Made by a program: the position numbers and the translations under genes. The notes beneath the pieces were generated by a model, which had not been told where the DNA came from, ran no database searches, and worked only from the letters and a program-made list of their open reading frames with translations. A stretch of 63,999 nt of DNA, filler included, from Sphacelaria rigidula (lineage: Eukaryota), in assembly GCA_964200075.2 (NCBI GenBank). It is 3 parts of 3 records of this genome, joined end to end, with 100 filler letters (N's around TTAATTAATTAA, not from the genome) between each part and the next. Parts side by side here need not be neighbours in the genome. Positions count along the whole stretch, not along the records: positions 43,516 to 63,999 come from CAXNAA020000523.1; 2 more parts are not named here. The stretch is one strand, 5' to 3'. Positions 48,109 to 62,499 of the stretch are shown here, piece by piece. Position 1 is the stretch's first letter. Every line of letters begins with the position of its first letter.

Positions 48109-50856
48109 GTACCGTGATTGCTGCAAAGGAGAATAAAACCGTGCGGCTCCGACCGCTGCCGAGTAAAACAAATGTAGAACAGCGATTGCCCGGGTGGGCG
48201 GTGAAGCGAAGAAGGAACCTAGGCCACCTACGCGATCTCCTTTGTTCGTCCTATGGGATACTTGAACCGTCGGACGCTCGTACTGTCCACAAGTACGTGG
48301 GCAAGATCTCCTCTGCTGCCGACGTGGAAAAGGTGAGCAAATGAATGGTGCAGTCGACCTGTGTTTGTTCAAAAATATCATCAGCAGAAATATCCATATG
48401 TATACTCGAGAGAGTCGCTGGGCGGTGTGCTTCTGTGTGTACTCGTATTTCGAATCTCACGGCGTGGATGTGTGTAATCGCGAAGGACATCCGACCCGGG
48501 AAGGTCCTCACGGAGACTGTAAGAGTGCTTCTTACCGAGTATAACCCATGCTTCATCGCCTATGATGCACAACGTGAAAGAGCTATTCTGGCCTTGATTT
48601 TCCCGGTGAAGATGTCATTGGTGATGTATCATGGTACAATCCAGTCACGACTTACTGAATTCCACTGTTTTCTTTCACCACACTGTAAGTACGACTCGCG
48701 ACATGAAATCACCTCGGTGGTGCGGTACAATAATTAAATGCTTCCGTTGTGGGTCCGCTCTCCTTTTTCACGAACGGTCCACTCAATCCTCCCTGCGCGT
48801 TGTGCTATCTGTGGTCCTTGTTGCACCGTGTCTCTCCACACCGAACAACCGAAACTAGGCCTACCCCGAGGCTGGTGCAGTTTTTGCCTATGGCCGAGCA
48901 TCGCTAAACGAAGCGCTCGGGCAACAAGAAATAAAGACACGCCCAGTCGCCGCTGGAATCACCCATACCGACAGCAGCGGCAACAGCACAGTAGCACTCC
49001 AGAGGAGGCGGAGTCGGAGTAGAGAAGCTGCCCAGTCGGTCGGGGGACAGGCGAAGCAGCCAACCTCTGAAGCGTGTTCGCCGAACGATGAACATATTCC
49101 AGTCTTGGTAGCGGCAGCAGTTGAAGGGGACTGTGAGCTGCCCAGCATCGATTGCATCAGCAGCAACACGAGCAACAATTACTCTTGCAACAGTCCCGAG
49201 GCGAAGGAAAACATTGTCGATCGCCGAAACTCTAGTACTTCAGAGATCATCGCCGAGTCAGTGGCAAGGGAGAGGAATGTCTCCTGTGGGCCGGGGGCAG
49301 AAGCTCGAGGGGGTGTTGGGCTCCGGATAGCCGCTCGCATCCCAAGCAGTGTGACTAACGACGTATGCGCCGTTAGCAGCAGCGGCAGAAACGGGAGAGT
49401 CTTGTTTGAGAGGAGGATCATTCGCGCCGCAGCACCGTCTTACTTGGCGAGGTGGCAGGGGCAGACTTTCTTCTTCGTTGGGCCTTTTCTGTTCAACGTT
49501 GGAGATGTTCAGGTTCCGAGAGCGGTGGTAGCATGCCGGAAGTATGGGCTCCGGAGGGTGGATCCCGTCGTCGGTACGAGTACCATGTCGGCTGCTGGTA
49601 CTTCCATCGACAACGGCAGCGGAAACAGGGTTCAGGCGAGCGACGAGGCAGTGGCATCGGCGGACGACATCTACCGTCGGCTCGTCATGGCAGCACGAGG
49701 GAATGTTGGTATCCACCGGGGGGCGGATTACATTGCCGACAGCAGTAAACCTTCCAGTCTACTCTTCAACAACAGCAACATCACCAACAGCACCGAGGCT
49801 ACCGGCGAGGCAGTGACGGTAGAGGGGGATATTCTTTTCTTCAGGACTAAGGCGCCGATCATGGCTCACGTTGACTTCGTGTCCACCAGCTGTAGCGAAA
49901 GTGGTGAAGTCTGTCGAGTGGGAGAGATCGATGTCTGCAACGACAGAAGTGCACACTCACGAGCGGAAAACGACAGTGCAAGTGACGGCTCCGTATACGT
50001 CCTAGAGGGTAGCGAATGCGATGACAGTGCGGCTATGTCGCAGGTCGAAGACGAAGAAGAGGGCAGGATAGTGGCAATTTCGACGACGAGGACGATGACA
50101 ACCACGTCCGAGGGTATCGCTGAGAAGGCAGGACACGACAACAGCTACTGCAACCGCAAGGTGCAGGTGATGCGGGAGGGTAGCGGCAGCGGTTCGCTGA
50201 GAAGAACGATCTCGACAGGAAGGCTCAACAACCACCAAAACGATGCTTCCGCTGCTAGCGGTGCTGTAGCAGTGATGGCGGACGGTGGCAGCAGGGGCAG
50301 CAGGATGTACGAAAACGATGACTGGGGCGTAGTATCGCGATACTCCGGTGGTGAAAACGGTTCTCCCGCCCTTAGCCTCTCGGGTTCTAACAGCTGCTTC
50401 GACGAAGGTGACCGCGATGACGAGATTGTGCTGTTCCAGCCCATTTTGTCATCGCGGGAGGGATCGGTGGCCGGTGGCGACAGTCTCTCGGCTTCGTTGT
50501 ATCCCAATACGATGGAAATCGGACGCGGTAACCTATTTCAACTCAGTGTATGCCGCAGAGGTGGCTGGGGGGGCGTTGGCCGCCGGCCCCGTACGAGTTT
50601 GGGGAGCTTGGCATCTACCGACAGTCGCTCGTTGTACGGAGGCGTTGACCTCATTTATGACGATGAGAGCAGTGATAGCGAGAGCGACACCGGCGACAGC
50701 GGTGGTGGCCGGGGGGGTGGGTACATGCCGGGGTTGCTGGAGTTTCGGCGGCAGTTACAGCGTGAACGGGAGATGGAAGATCAAGGGGGAGAGAGCAGGG
50801 GGGAGACGAGTGATGAATGTAAGAAGTCCATTTTATGGTGCTGTTTGACTACGTAG
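48109..50856 (+). CDS. Hypothetical Ser/Gly/Asp-rich, largely disordered protein ending KKSILWCCLTT. Exons 48109-48332 and 48859-50856; first exon uncertain (47163-47223 or 47233-47417)
   Basis: ~2-kb open frame starting at acceptor AACTAG|GCC (48859); in-phase upstream exon ending AAG|GTGAGC; both candidate first exons end in phase-1 donors. Confidence 0.7.
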
Positions 50857-53800
50857 CGTTGGAAGCGGTGGTTCCACTTTTCCGTGTGGTTTTGTTGGAG
50901 GCCAATTTCAGGGTACTAGTCAGTTGAAGGTGGAGCTTGAGTGATGAACTTCTCACCTGCTCCTCGTTCCCACTGTCTTTCTCGTTGCTCAAGGGGGGAA
51001 CAATATGTTGCCCTCTGATGGTGGATGAACATTATTGAGAGACGGTCTGCAAGTACCGTCTACCCAAATGCTTTACAGCACATGAGGTGATCGATTCACC
51101 ACTGCTAGCGTGTACCTGCATCACATCTTAGGCTTCATATTTAACGTCGCTTTGATGTTCTGTTTTTAAATGCTCTCATGTGCTCTTGATTTTCTCGTAA
51201 TCTTGCTCGATTGTCCGCTATGAACGTTGAACCTTCTCCCCTTATCCCTGCTGAGACAGTCGATGTACACGCTTTCTATTTCCTCATCTCTTTCCAAATG
51301 CATTGTTCAATTTGAGAAATAAGATGAAAAGCATCATAGTGTAGCTACCGCATGCAATCACAAACGCAGGTCTATTTACGCCGTTGTCCGTTCGCCCCAT
51401 CCATTTTTGCCTCTCGCCCTGCCATTCTCTCCCCCAAAGCAACACGAACACCTGCCCCACCGCACAGCGCGTCGGCAAGCTCGTCAAGGCACTCTCCGAC
51501 GTTCAACAGGCGCTCTCGGAGCCCGCGATCTCTTGCATCTCGCGAGAGGAGGATGAGCTCTCGCTTGGGCAGCATCAGCAGGCGCCGCAGCTCAGGCAGT
51601 GGCAGCGGCGGCGACAAATCGATTACAGCAGCGCGCATTACCAGTAGGAGCAGCCCGCCGCCCTCCCCGCTACCCCGCCTATCGCCTGCTGTCCGTGCAC
51701 CAGCAATTCAGCATGATGTGCAGCACTGTTCCTCATCATCTCCGCCGCCGTGTCAGCAGTCGACTAGCCACTTCGTGAGTCTGGGGCGAGGCACTCCCAG
51801 TGCTTCCAATGCAGCAGTAGTGGAGCAAGTGCAGCGGCACTCATCGTCTTCGCCTTCGCTGTCTCGACCGTCCCTTGACCGCTACGTGGGTCTGGAAAAT
51901 GACGACACAATGGGAATAGTAGGTCAGTCACGTGCTTGTGTTGAATCGGATAGGTAATACTTGCAACTTCACCAACGGTTTCGATGCCATTTGCGTATTT
52001 AGCTGCTAGCAACAGAAATCACAGGGTGAAGTAGAATCAGGACCGCGAGCGGAATGGAGTTAGTTTGTACTGTCACGCCAGCGGAGGTGCGTGACGACAC
52101 CTGATGTATGACAGTCACCGAGGCGACACGGATATGGCTTACTTGGCTATTCCACCACCGAGCTTTGAGACATTTTTGCAGTAAGCACCGGAGAATGTTA
52201 CCCTCACAGATGTGTAATCGCAAGTTGACTTGACATTATATATCGATGTTCTCTTTTCACCATCATGAAGGGTGTTAGGTGAAAAGTCCTTTGTGCAATA
52301 CTGCCAAATGATCAACATTTGTTCAGTGATACGCCACACAACAGTATGGCACCACACCCCGCAGGAAAACGTGAAACGATGGCCACCACGGGGGCAGCAA
52401 AGATAATGAGTGTGTAGCCGACGACGTTTTCAATGACATGTTTTGAATGCTCGACACCGGCCACAACAAATACCGCGAACATGTCGTAGCCGCCCGAGCA
52501 GCCATTTACATGTTTCATCGCGACATGTGCATATGCTTTGATGAATTTCTTCCAGGGAATATCTTGCAAATGTGGGCAGGAGTAGCACCGGGAGGGGTAG
52601 TGGGACCGTTCGGGGGGCCGCCAGCCGGCCGTCGCGCAGATGGTGGGGATTGCGGTGGCGGGAGTGGAAACTGCGCCAAGCTCGACCGCGGCGGAGGTGG
52701 ACGGGGTACGACAGGATCCAGGTTCGGAGAAGCTGGGGTAGAAGAATATGGCGGGCGGGGTGGCGGCGGCCGTGGAAGTGGCGGAGGTGGTGGTAGAGAT
52801 GGGCACGGCGGGAGCGGCGGGAGCGGCGGGAGGGGTGGGACATGGATGGCGGGTCTGAAAAAGAGATTCATATCGTGGTGAGTTTGTTATTAGGGACGAT
52901 GAGAATTATGGAAGTATGCAAAGTCTGAACCATCAGGGCAACAATGAAGATCTACATTCTCCCGAAAGCACGAAACGAAAACCGCTCAGGTCGTGCCTGG
53001 GTAAGAAGTCAGGCCGGCAGGTAAAACGACGGATTTTTGACCATGTGCCTTATGCAGTCATACAGGGAATTGCCAGTTGCTGCTTTTGTCTTTGCGAGCA
53101 GGTTTCTGTAATTCAATCAAGTTTTCAGGGACTCTTCCCTTCGGATACACCAGTCATCAGTAGAACATAGGCGGGTCCCATCAAGAATCATGAAGAGATG
53201 TCACCAGAACTCTGCTCGAGACCTGCGGCCACCCGGTCCTCCATCGAACACACCTACCCGATGCTGCTTACATGACGAACGCTGCGCTTTGACCGCGTTT
53301 GTGCTGCGGACTGGGTATCCGACGACATAGAACATTCCCCCGCATGTACAGTGACCGAAATATCATTTTTGCTCTAAAAAATGATAAGGAAAATTGCTCT
53401 CGTCCTGTGTGTTCTGGTATGGATATGTGTCAGCTTTCACATCGCGGCTTCAGAACCAATGGATGAAGCACTTGAAGGCCAGATTACTATCAGGGGTACA
53501 CCAGCGTTGCGTCCAATGCAACATTCTTGTGCGGACAATGTGGTACTCACTCTGTTCTTGCTTTCCGTCATGATCTTGACTAGCTGTGGTGTCAATGTCT
53601 ACAGACGTGTACGAGTTCATGTTGCCAAGGTTCTGATCGTGGGTCATCTTTTGTGTTCAAGTCTTGACTCTAAGTCTTATTCCCAGATCTTGCCATATGC
53701 AGGTGTAATTACGTCATGCCGAAATAACCGGTTATCCCACTACATATATATATATATACATCGATTTCGAAGAGCTAGAAAGCTAGAGCCAAGGGTCAAA

Positions 53801-56800
53801 CTATTCGTGTATTTCAAATGCACATGTGATCAGAATATGCCAGACCGCGATTCGGCAAGACCATTGGGGAACAGCGGAATGCAGAACACATTATCACCGT
53901 GAAATTTCGGACTTTTCACCTTTATATTTTTCCCCCCATGATTGTCACGAACCACAGCTATCAACAGTCTATCTTTTTCCTCATGTGGCTGTTACGAACC
54001 ACGGCTCGACATTTCACAGAGGCGTGCACAGGTAAGGTAGCAAAGTCGTGACAGTGACTCATTGTTGGTTTTCTACCTTCATGTCAAGATCTGCGAGATC
54101 AAGAACGACATGAAGTGCTCGAAAATGCCCAATGTAGCTGGCAATGCCATGGTTTGAGATCCAAACAAACATGTTTTCGTCTCGCAGGTACCGAGTCGTG
54201 ATGTGCAACGCCTGAAACCATCGTTTGTAAATATCGCAAATGAACTTCTCGACGACGCTTCCCCCGCCCACTCGCTGGGACCGGGCTGTACGTACCTTGG
54301 CAGTACACGCCATTCTCACGTTTATGATGTCCTGCCCCCTACTTTTTACAGACGTCGAAGCAGGGCCCTGCCTCCCTCTTCCCCGCCTGCTTAGCACCAC
54401 TCCCCCCAAGCAGTATCCCGCCTAGTCACTCACCCCATCCCCCCTCCCTATTCTTACCAATCCGTCCTCATTCTAGTCCATCCCACTTCATCGCTGTAAC
54501 CTTGATAAGCTTGCTCCGACCTCCTCGAACGGCTACCGGTATTTCATATTGTGCCAAGGGAGCTCTCTATGTGACAACGATTCCGTTGGCGAACTGTTGG
54601 CCCCCTGCCGATATGTAGCATGAGACTCCACGGACGGCCTGTCCATCACCTCCGTCACACATTTGTGTTTACCCTCCGCACCTTTAGCCTCCTCACTCTA
54701 GCCCTCGTCACACTCCTCCGGCCGATCGTTGTCACGTAGAGAGCCCCCTTGGCACAAGATGGAATACCAGTGGCCGTCCGAGGAGGTCGGAGCAAACCTG
54801 TCGAGATCACAGTAATGATGTGGAATGGGTTAGCGCGGCGGGTGCGAGGGGTCAAGTGTTTGAGGCTCCTGTCTCGTGTTTTGCTCAGGTTGATAGTGGT
54901 CATAATGCTGATTCATCCAGTCGTCTGGTGTTCTCCATGCAAGATCTAAAATGAATGCTGCCATCCTTATCTGGCATAATGGATGTGACGTTTGTGCGGG
55001 CTATCCTGGCAATTGCGCCCAATACTCATACGAGCTTTTCTAGACGAGGTTTTTGAACGCTGAAACGTTTGTTATTTCTCCTTCACTGTACCTGACCCGT
55101 CCATTTCGTACATGGTTAAACCTGTGATCGCTCGCCGCAAGAGCAGTACCAACACGACCTTGAAGGAATGTTCAAACGAAATACTTAATATCAAGTTTTT
55201 GTGTCGTACGTAGCCTGCAACAGCTGCAGGCTGCCAGATTCTATCTGGTGCTATATTTCTGTATGGCATTGATACTCCGCTGGTTTTGAGAACCGAGAAT
55301 ACCCGAAGTAGTGGATACGTCACTCGCTAAGCCCGTGGCCATTGTAAAGTAATAACTTTTGCACTGTCTTTGCGAACTTGGATCGTTTGCACGAGGGGAC
55401 TCGCTTCTTGGATCACTCGACACTGAGATCGATCTGGATACCGGAGTGGGTGCGCACGACGAGTGCCGGCTTTCATTTGGCACTGTCTCCGTTGGCCTTC
55501 GATACAAATCTGGGGAGTAATTCACAGTCTCAACCTGCGGCAAAATCACAAGAATCGGTCCTGGCGATACGTGCGCACCATCAAGTATGATCGGAAACTG
55601 ATCTTGGGTTCCATCCCTACCGGAAAAACTCCGAGCATAGGAATGACAGTTGTACCAGTTCCGAGCTCAACAGGTTTGCGCTTGCGTGTTGAGTTGGAGC
55701 TCCATTATCGTATAGTTGTCCGTTCGAAGTACGTGTTGCAGTGCACAATTGCTGCTGATTGTTCCACAAGACGCATCATTCCACACGTCCGCGGTACAAC
55801 GTTTCGACACACTTGTAGTAATGGTGCTCGGCTTTTGACAAAATACGATGGTGCAGAGTGTCATTGGGAAAACCAGGACCAGCGCTAGAGACGCAACACT
55901 TTCGGTAGTTGAACGAGAATAAGACTAGGGCATTATGCATCTTCAGATAACCTGTTATCGTTCACGAGCAAAACGTCGCTGACAAGTATGTTGTCTGCGC
56001 GATCCTTGCACAATCTCGCTTTGCGTGGCGAATTCTATGAAATATAGTGGGATTTTCCCTGTTATCGCAGGGGTTTCGACAGACACGATTTGGAACCATT
56101 CGTCCTGCTTCTCTACGCAGTGGTGCAACGTAAGGTCTACCATGCGCCTATATATCATCGGGCAGGGCACACACAACTCATCTGTGCGTATCGGCCCACG
56201 ACTTCGCCGTCTGGCACGCCGTCGAGTGTATCGTGCCAGCTCTACCGCAGGCGCTACAATTGTATAGCGAAGCGAGGCCGAATTGATGACGATTCAACGA
56301 AGTAGATATTTCATGTAGTTTTCCCTGGCGTCACCGACCGTGTGGTTGCCATGATTTAGAGCGCAAGCCAAGAGTTCTTGATGACGTGTGTTCACAGGCC
56401 GTATATTTGCTGGTACGCCCGAGGTTCAACCTTCCAGCTACGGAAATGAACACTATTTCCACAGAGTTCGCAGCTGACCCGCGATGAAGCCCGGTATTCG
56501 TTAATTTCGTGCGTACCCGGGGGAAACAATGTGTATATTGAGTTGGCGACACGTGTTTGTCTCTACTCATGAACTAAGCGCATGATCATGATCACCGTCA
56601 TCATTATCTCCATTATCATCACTACCATCATCATTCCCCGTGTTTGTGTGTCTTCGCTACTTGTATCTGCGATTCTGTTTTGAACTGCATTCGCTCATCA
56701 GATTCTCGGAGTGCGGCCGTCAATACTTGGAGGTTGACTACCAACACTCGGTGCGTCGAGGCCCCATCCATGGGTCTTGTACGCCGGACGATTGCGAGTG

Positions 56801-59800
56801 GTTATGGTCTACCCCACTATGACTACAGCGACTCTAGGAAGTGTTGGCGGTTTGAGGGAGACGGGGGGGGAGGGGGCGTACTCATTTGTTGCTTGCCTTA
56901 GTCGCTTGGCCATTGACCACGCATCCTTTCTGAGACGAAGCATCGTTCGTTGTCGAGGGAAAGCGGTTTGGGATAGAGCCGTGAGCACGCAGTGCGGTCG
57001 TGAATTGAAAGGAAATGTCGTCTTCAGTGTGGAAAAACCCAAGGAAATGAATGAGAGGGCCATACTCGTATTATTACCTGTTTACCTCGCGAGTCGACGG
57101 TGTCCGTGTGAGATCGTGGTCAAACGTATCATGCTCTCGCTGTGGGCTCTGTTTTCCGCAGAGACCCTCCGCTTAGTACCTTGACAGGGTTCGGAACGTC
57201 GGTGTCCGAGAGAAAATTGAATATAGGCAGAGATCTGGAGATTTACCCGCTGTCAGTTGTCACATGTACCGTCGTAGCCCTCAATATCTTTGTTCCTGCT
57301 ACGGTCAGGAACATAGTTTTTAGTCCGTGTCGCCCAATAGTTGTGAACAACGTCGTTTTTGTATACTTCGGGAGCGTGTTTTATTCGTACGAGGAATTTA
57401 GGAGGGGAGAGAGGCACCCTCAGCATGGAAACGGGCTTCATCGGTTTCGCAACAGAAGCGTTTTCGGTTGGTTATCTTTTGTACTTGTGTGGTGGTGATC
57501 AAAACCCGAAGGCTAGCCCTTACATGCTGGTGTGTGGTGGTATTTGGTCGGGTCAAACGGGAGGACAGCTTCTCTCTTCATGTGTATGACCGCTGTTCAG
57601 CTGTTTGTAAGGTGTGTTGTTTTTGGAGGCCATCTCCATTGTTGACCGATTAGTGCATGTCGCACTTCTGTCGAGCAGTTATGGCGATTCGTTACAGGTG
57701 AAAACCCTTTGGTTGTACGTATCCCGCGGCCTTGTAAGTTGTATTGATCATGATATTTTACCGACGTTTTGGTGATCCGGTCGTGTGGCCTTCGGTGAGT
57801 CGTTCGTGTTGTCAACTACACTGTGTCCGGCTCGTCGTGTGTGCCCTTCCGACTTACCTTGGCATCGCTTTATATATGTATATATATAGATAGATGTGTG
57901 AATATATATCTTCTGCGGAACATTTATCATCCTGTTAAGCGTTTGCGGCGACTTTCCGTCATGTACGCCTGTCTCCAGTTTCACTCAGTACGTTGCTTGT
58001 ATTGCCGTGGACAATGAATTATTCTCTTTTTCGCGAGTTACCGGCATTTCCTGAAAACTGGGCCCTGATTATTGCTACTAACTCATAAACAAATAAACTT
58101 TCCGTCCCGAATTTCCCACTACAGAGATTATTCAACTTTCATTCCGCGTACCAAATTTGAAAGTCCAACTCTCACAATTGAGATGAGAGGTGGGGTATGC
58201 AAGCACAACTTCGCATCTAGGCTGGCCCAGATCGTACGATCCTGACCTTTGTTCGGGTCCGGAACTTTGCTGAGCATTCAGATGTTGCAGTGAGCACTAT
58301 CCGTATTCTCACCCACCCTGAGTTTGGCGAAAAGCCTAGAAGCAGGACCAGCAGCTACGAGCTGGTACAAAACGTGGAGGTTGTGTCCTCTCCCTGGTAA
58401 ATATACACGACATGGCCCATGAAAACTTAGCAGTCAGTGCAAAGGGTATGGCGTTCTTACAGGATAACGACATACCATTTGAGCCTGTTTTACGCGGGGG
58501 AGGCTGTCACATCGTTCACCACCACCCCAAACACGAGACCCGACGGGGAGAAAGAACTTTTCAGAGCAAGACAAGGACAACGATTGTGATGCACAGCAAT
58601 AAACCGCATCTGCAGTCACGCGCCTATCTATCGAAGTTCGGCTCGATTCTACCCAGAACAGCACAAACACGAGCGATGGATAACCCTCCGAAACAGATGG
58701 CGAAATCTGCACAAGCTAAAAATCAATTTCCTATATGCCCGACCGACACGCGATGGTTGGTTACTCGCGCTGCACATGTGAAAGCAAGCTGCATCACAAC
58801 GGGCAAGTAAACCTTGATACTAGACAGCGTTCAACATCCAAATTAAACCAATTAATTCCCCATACAGAGCAAAATTCGCGGGGGATACCCTTCACTTCAC
58901 CACAAGATTTTCATCTTCAGCAAGGGTCTGCGCAGCTAGAACGTGGGGCACTGGTAGAAAACATGCATCTTGACTACACGTGGCGACTTGACTCATCTCT
59001 GCAGCTGCTGTCTGTATCGGGATATTTCCATCTGAGTAGGGGGTATTGGAACACGTGAGATGTAGCGAAAACGCACATGAAATCGAGGCTGGTATCTGAA
59101 ATGAGGGGGCGGTAATATATTGCGCCGCGTTCAGGTGTTGATAGTTGGAGATATCTGATCCCGCACTCATTCACGCAAACATCAACGTCGCCCGCCGGTA
59201 GGGAATACGGTACAAACATGTGCATGACGTTGTTGCTGGGGTGGCGCGTGAAGCGTACTTCCGGGATCGCTGCCCAAAGCACAACGCACACATACGTGCG
59301 CTGCGTCGACTTCTTCTGTCGTCCGCGAGACCGTGCCCTCTCGGCATCTATAAGGCGGTTTTTATGACAAACACACAGTGGCAAAACAAAAAAGGCTGTA
59401 TTGTAGAACTGCCTTGTGGTCCCTCTGTGTTGTTTTACGCCCTCAAAGGGCTAGGCGGACGTTGGCACCTTGAAAGGCCTTGACATACTCGGCGAAAAAC
59501 CTTCCGGGACATCTTTGATTTTCCCGGTCGTCGCAGTTTTGTCTTTTGCCACACACACTCTTGTCCAAGAGTCCAGAGGGGAATCCCTGGACATCCTTGC
59601 GCTTTCCGGTGGCCGCAGGTTTGTTTTTGACTTTAAACAAGCTTGGATTTTTGTCCAAGAACAGCCAAGTTCAGAATACAAGTGTCATTTTTTCTGGGCT
59701 GACTGCCACTTTCTTGGAATTGACCATTCTTGACCGTTCTTCGATAAAAGTGGCAGTACGACCACAAAAAATGCGACCATCGAATGACGTAGAGGTGACC

Positions 59801-60041
59801 CGGGAATTTCGTCAGTCAGTGTAGCAAGGCGTTCCAAGGTGTCAGCATCTGCCCAGCCCTCGTTCAGGGCGCAAAGCGACGCAGAAGGACCAAAGAGGCA
59901 GTTCTACAGTTTTGTTCTCGTATATCATAAGAAGCGGCCTAGGGAGTGGCATAAGAGAAATGGCCTCGATGTGTGATTCGGAGGACAGGTGGTCACATCG
60001 ACCGTCCGGTTCGGTGCAGATGGTTCAATATAGAGGATATC

Positions 60042-60043
<2 letters not shown>

Positions 60044-60094
<51 letters not shown>
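60044..60094. repeat. (AG)n microsatellite, ~25 units
   Basis: Directly visible. Confidence 0.97.
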
Positions 60095-60097
<3 letters not shown>

Positions 60098-60699
60098 GAA
60101 GAACATCACCCGACGTTCTTCCCCAGCACTCAGGACATTGGTCATACCTACGGATGATTCCCGGCACTTAACTCGCTGTCAGGATACAATCGATAGCGTC
60201 CAATGGTCAGAGTCGACAAGCGTGCGTTAAATAGTGCTGTGCAATATTCGACTCACATACCGTAGTCTGGTTCAGATTTGTTGTTTTTGGGTCAAAACAC
60301 TTCGTTGACATTAACATAAGCCTCACATACCACGGGAGATTGGCGTGAGAGCAGACCTCTCTCCATACACTCGTGAACCCAAGAGCGTATCACACATGTA
60401 ATCATCATCACCACGTGCAAGAGGCATTGTTGATGACCACCTACTGAATAAGACAACCTTGAATTGCGTGGGCATCTGCGTGCAATCTATGTACAGCAAG
60501 GATGACCCTGAATTTCTCAACAGACTGAAAATATAACGCGGAATCTTCATGATGCTCGCTGCCCTCTTGCGATGCCGAATCCTCTCTCCCGGACCCGCTG
60601 CACTCTCAATCGGAGTCTCCAATCTAGATCTCGGCTCAGTACTTCGACTCGCGACCGAGGGTCCATGTAGTCCACTGTCGCAGCATTTGTGACGGATCG

Positions 60700-61460
60700 G
60701 ATGTGGTCCCGGACATGTTCCCCCTACCACTTCCCTCCCGCTGTCGCGCCGGCACGACTCCTCACCGTGAGCCATATGATCAGGTGCTCCCAACGCGCTG
60801 CTGCCCGGACGTGGGAATATGAGTCCCGGGTTTGCAGCAACTTGCGCAAAAGCGTTTTCGCACCTGAAGAAAAATGCACTGACCAGCAGCTTTACGCCCC
60901 CGTCGACATCCACTGCAGCATACCGTCTTTAATCGCCATAGGACCGCTTTTGTGAACATTTTTGGCGTTCGCATGGCCTCTGGAACGAAATCACACACCT
61001 TCAATAAAGGAATCCCTGACAAATGTGGTAGGAAGTCGCACCCAGCTGACAAATAGGTGCAAACTAACAGCGCCGCCTTCAAAGATAGCGCCAGTCAAGG
61101 ATACTGCCCGTCGGGTGGCCAAGCACTCTCGCTACCGTCCCACGGATTCTCGATCGTACTGTATACCCTGTTCACCAGTACGTACCGGGGCCGCCATCCA
61201 CGACGCGTTTGATGGTGACTTGCATCACGTCTGAGCCCCACGGCTAGATACACCTGGAGGACATCGTCAGGAGTACAATCGTCCACTGGTCATTATCGAT
61301 GAAAGTCAGGGGCCACTTCAACGGTCTCCCGAACAACCTCCTCGAGGGGGTGATGTAGTGGACTGCGAATCTCTCTCTCTCAGCCGGATCCAGCTGCGCT
61401 GCGGATACTCTGATCGGGTCCACTGCCATGACGCCACGACAATAGATGATGTTGCGAATC
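60700..61460 (-). pseudogene. Possible decayed tyrosine-recombinase (DIRS/Ngaro/Crypton-type) N-terminal region
   Basis: Frameshifted coding-like fragments, including DDCTPDDVLQVYL followed by a W...P segment reminiscent of the N-terminal DNA-binding region of YR elements. Weak, by eye. Confidence 0.25.
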
Positions 61461-61901
61461 ACGAGTAGAAAGGGTACGGGAACGCCACACTTGGCACATC
61501 TTCTTCTCCTGCCGTCACTTCCCCCCCCCCCCTCTCGCTGCCTGGCACTACGGTAAGATACAATTGTGAACTAGCCCGAATCTCTGCGCGGGCGCCAACA
61601 CCAGCATCCGTCATCGTCATCGGCGCCGGCGCCGTTGGGCCGCCCCTGCGAGACCTCTGTCGTCGTTACCTCCGCCCGCCGTAGTTGCCACCGTCAGCGG
61701 AATCGCCCCGCCCGCTCGATGGAGCTGGTGCACTCGAGCGGCTAGCTGGTGGGTGCGGCTGGCTGCCAACAACACTCGCGCGTGACGCCGCTACTGCCGT
61801 TTCGTCCCTCGATACCCCTCCCCCTGGTAGTTGTCCCCCCTCTTTGGAGGGTTGGCGTCGGTCGGCAGTGACGGTGTGAAACACGTCGCTCACTAATTTG
61901 A

Positions 61902-62120
61902 TGGATTGATTGATTGATCGATTGTCGCGTTCCAATCGACCCCCCAGGGGTCCAGCCGTGGTGTCATGATAGACGTGTCCAAGAAGAACGAAACTGCAAC
62001 ACTCGCTGAAGAAAAGCAGGAACAGAAAAAGCGACAAGTCGAACAGAACGGCGTATTAGACCAACACGTAGGAAAAAAGGTTGATAAAAAAAATCAACAA
62101 AAGCAAAGCACAGAAAGAAA
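61902..62120 (-). mobile_element. 3' end of a non-LTR retroposon with (CAAT)n tail
   Basis: Reverse complement reads a T-rich body, ACCACGGCTGGACCCC...GGGGGTC and then GATCAATCAATCAATC; same layout as 331-559. Confidence 0.55.
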
Positions 62121-62499
62121 TTCACTGCTTAAGCTAAGCAGTAAGGTCACCGAATTTCGCGGAGGATGATGATGATGGTCGAGCTAGATCATATTGTGCG
62201 GGGGGGGAAACTCGAACTTCGCGCACAGGACACGTCAGACGGGAGCGGGGGGGGAGCTGCGACGACGGAGGTCGCCGGGTGTGTGGCGGCTACAACACAC
62301 GACGTGGTCACGGTCAGTAAGGGGAGAGAAGGGCCTGTGCAGAGATCGGAAGCCGCAGCGCTCAGAAATGAGCAAGCTGGGGAAGGAAGGACTGCCGATG
62401 CGAGCGTCGTTGGTCGTTGGCTTCATTTGAGACACTGCAGAGCACGACAGAGCGACTACTGCATGCGGACAGGTCATCACTCCCCAGAATAAAATGGGA

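Noticed and set aside
54650-56300. Copia RT-like (PYR...GSL) and recombinase-like (SLRSGAT) fragments
   Set aside because: Only isolated 3-7 residue matches in different frames and strands; not supportable by eye.
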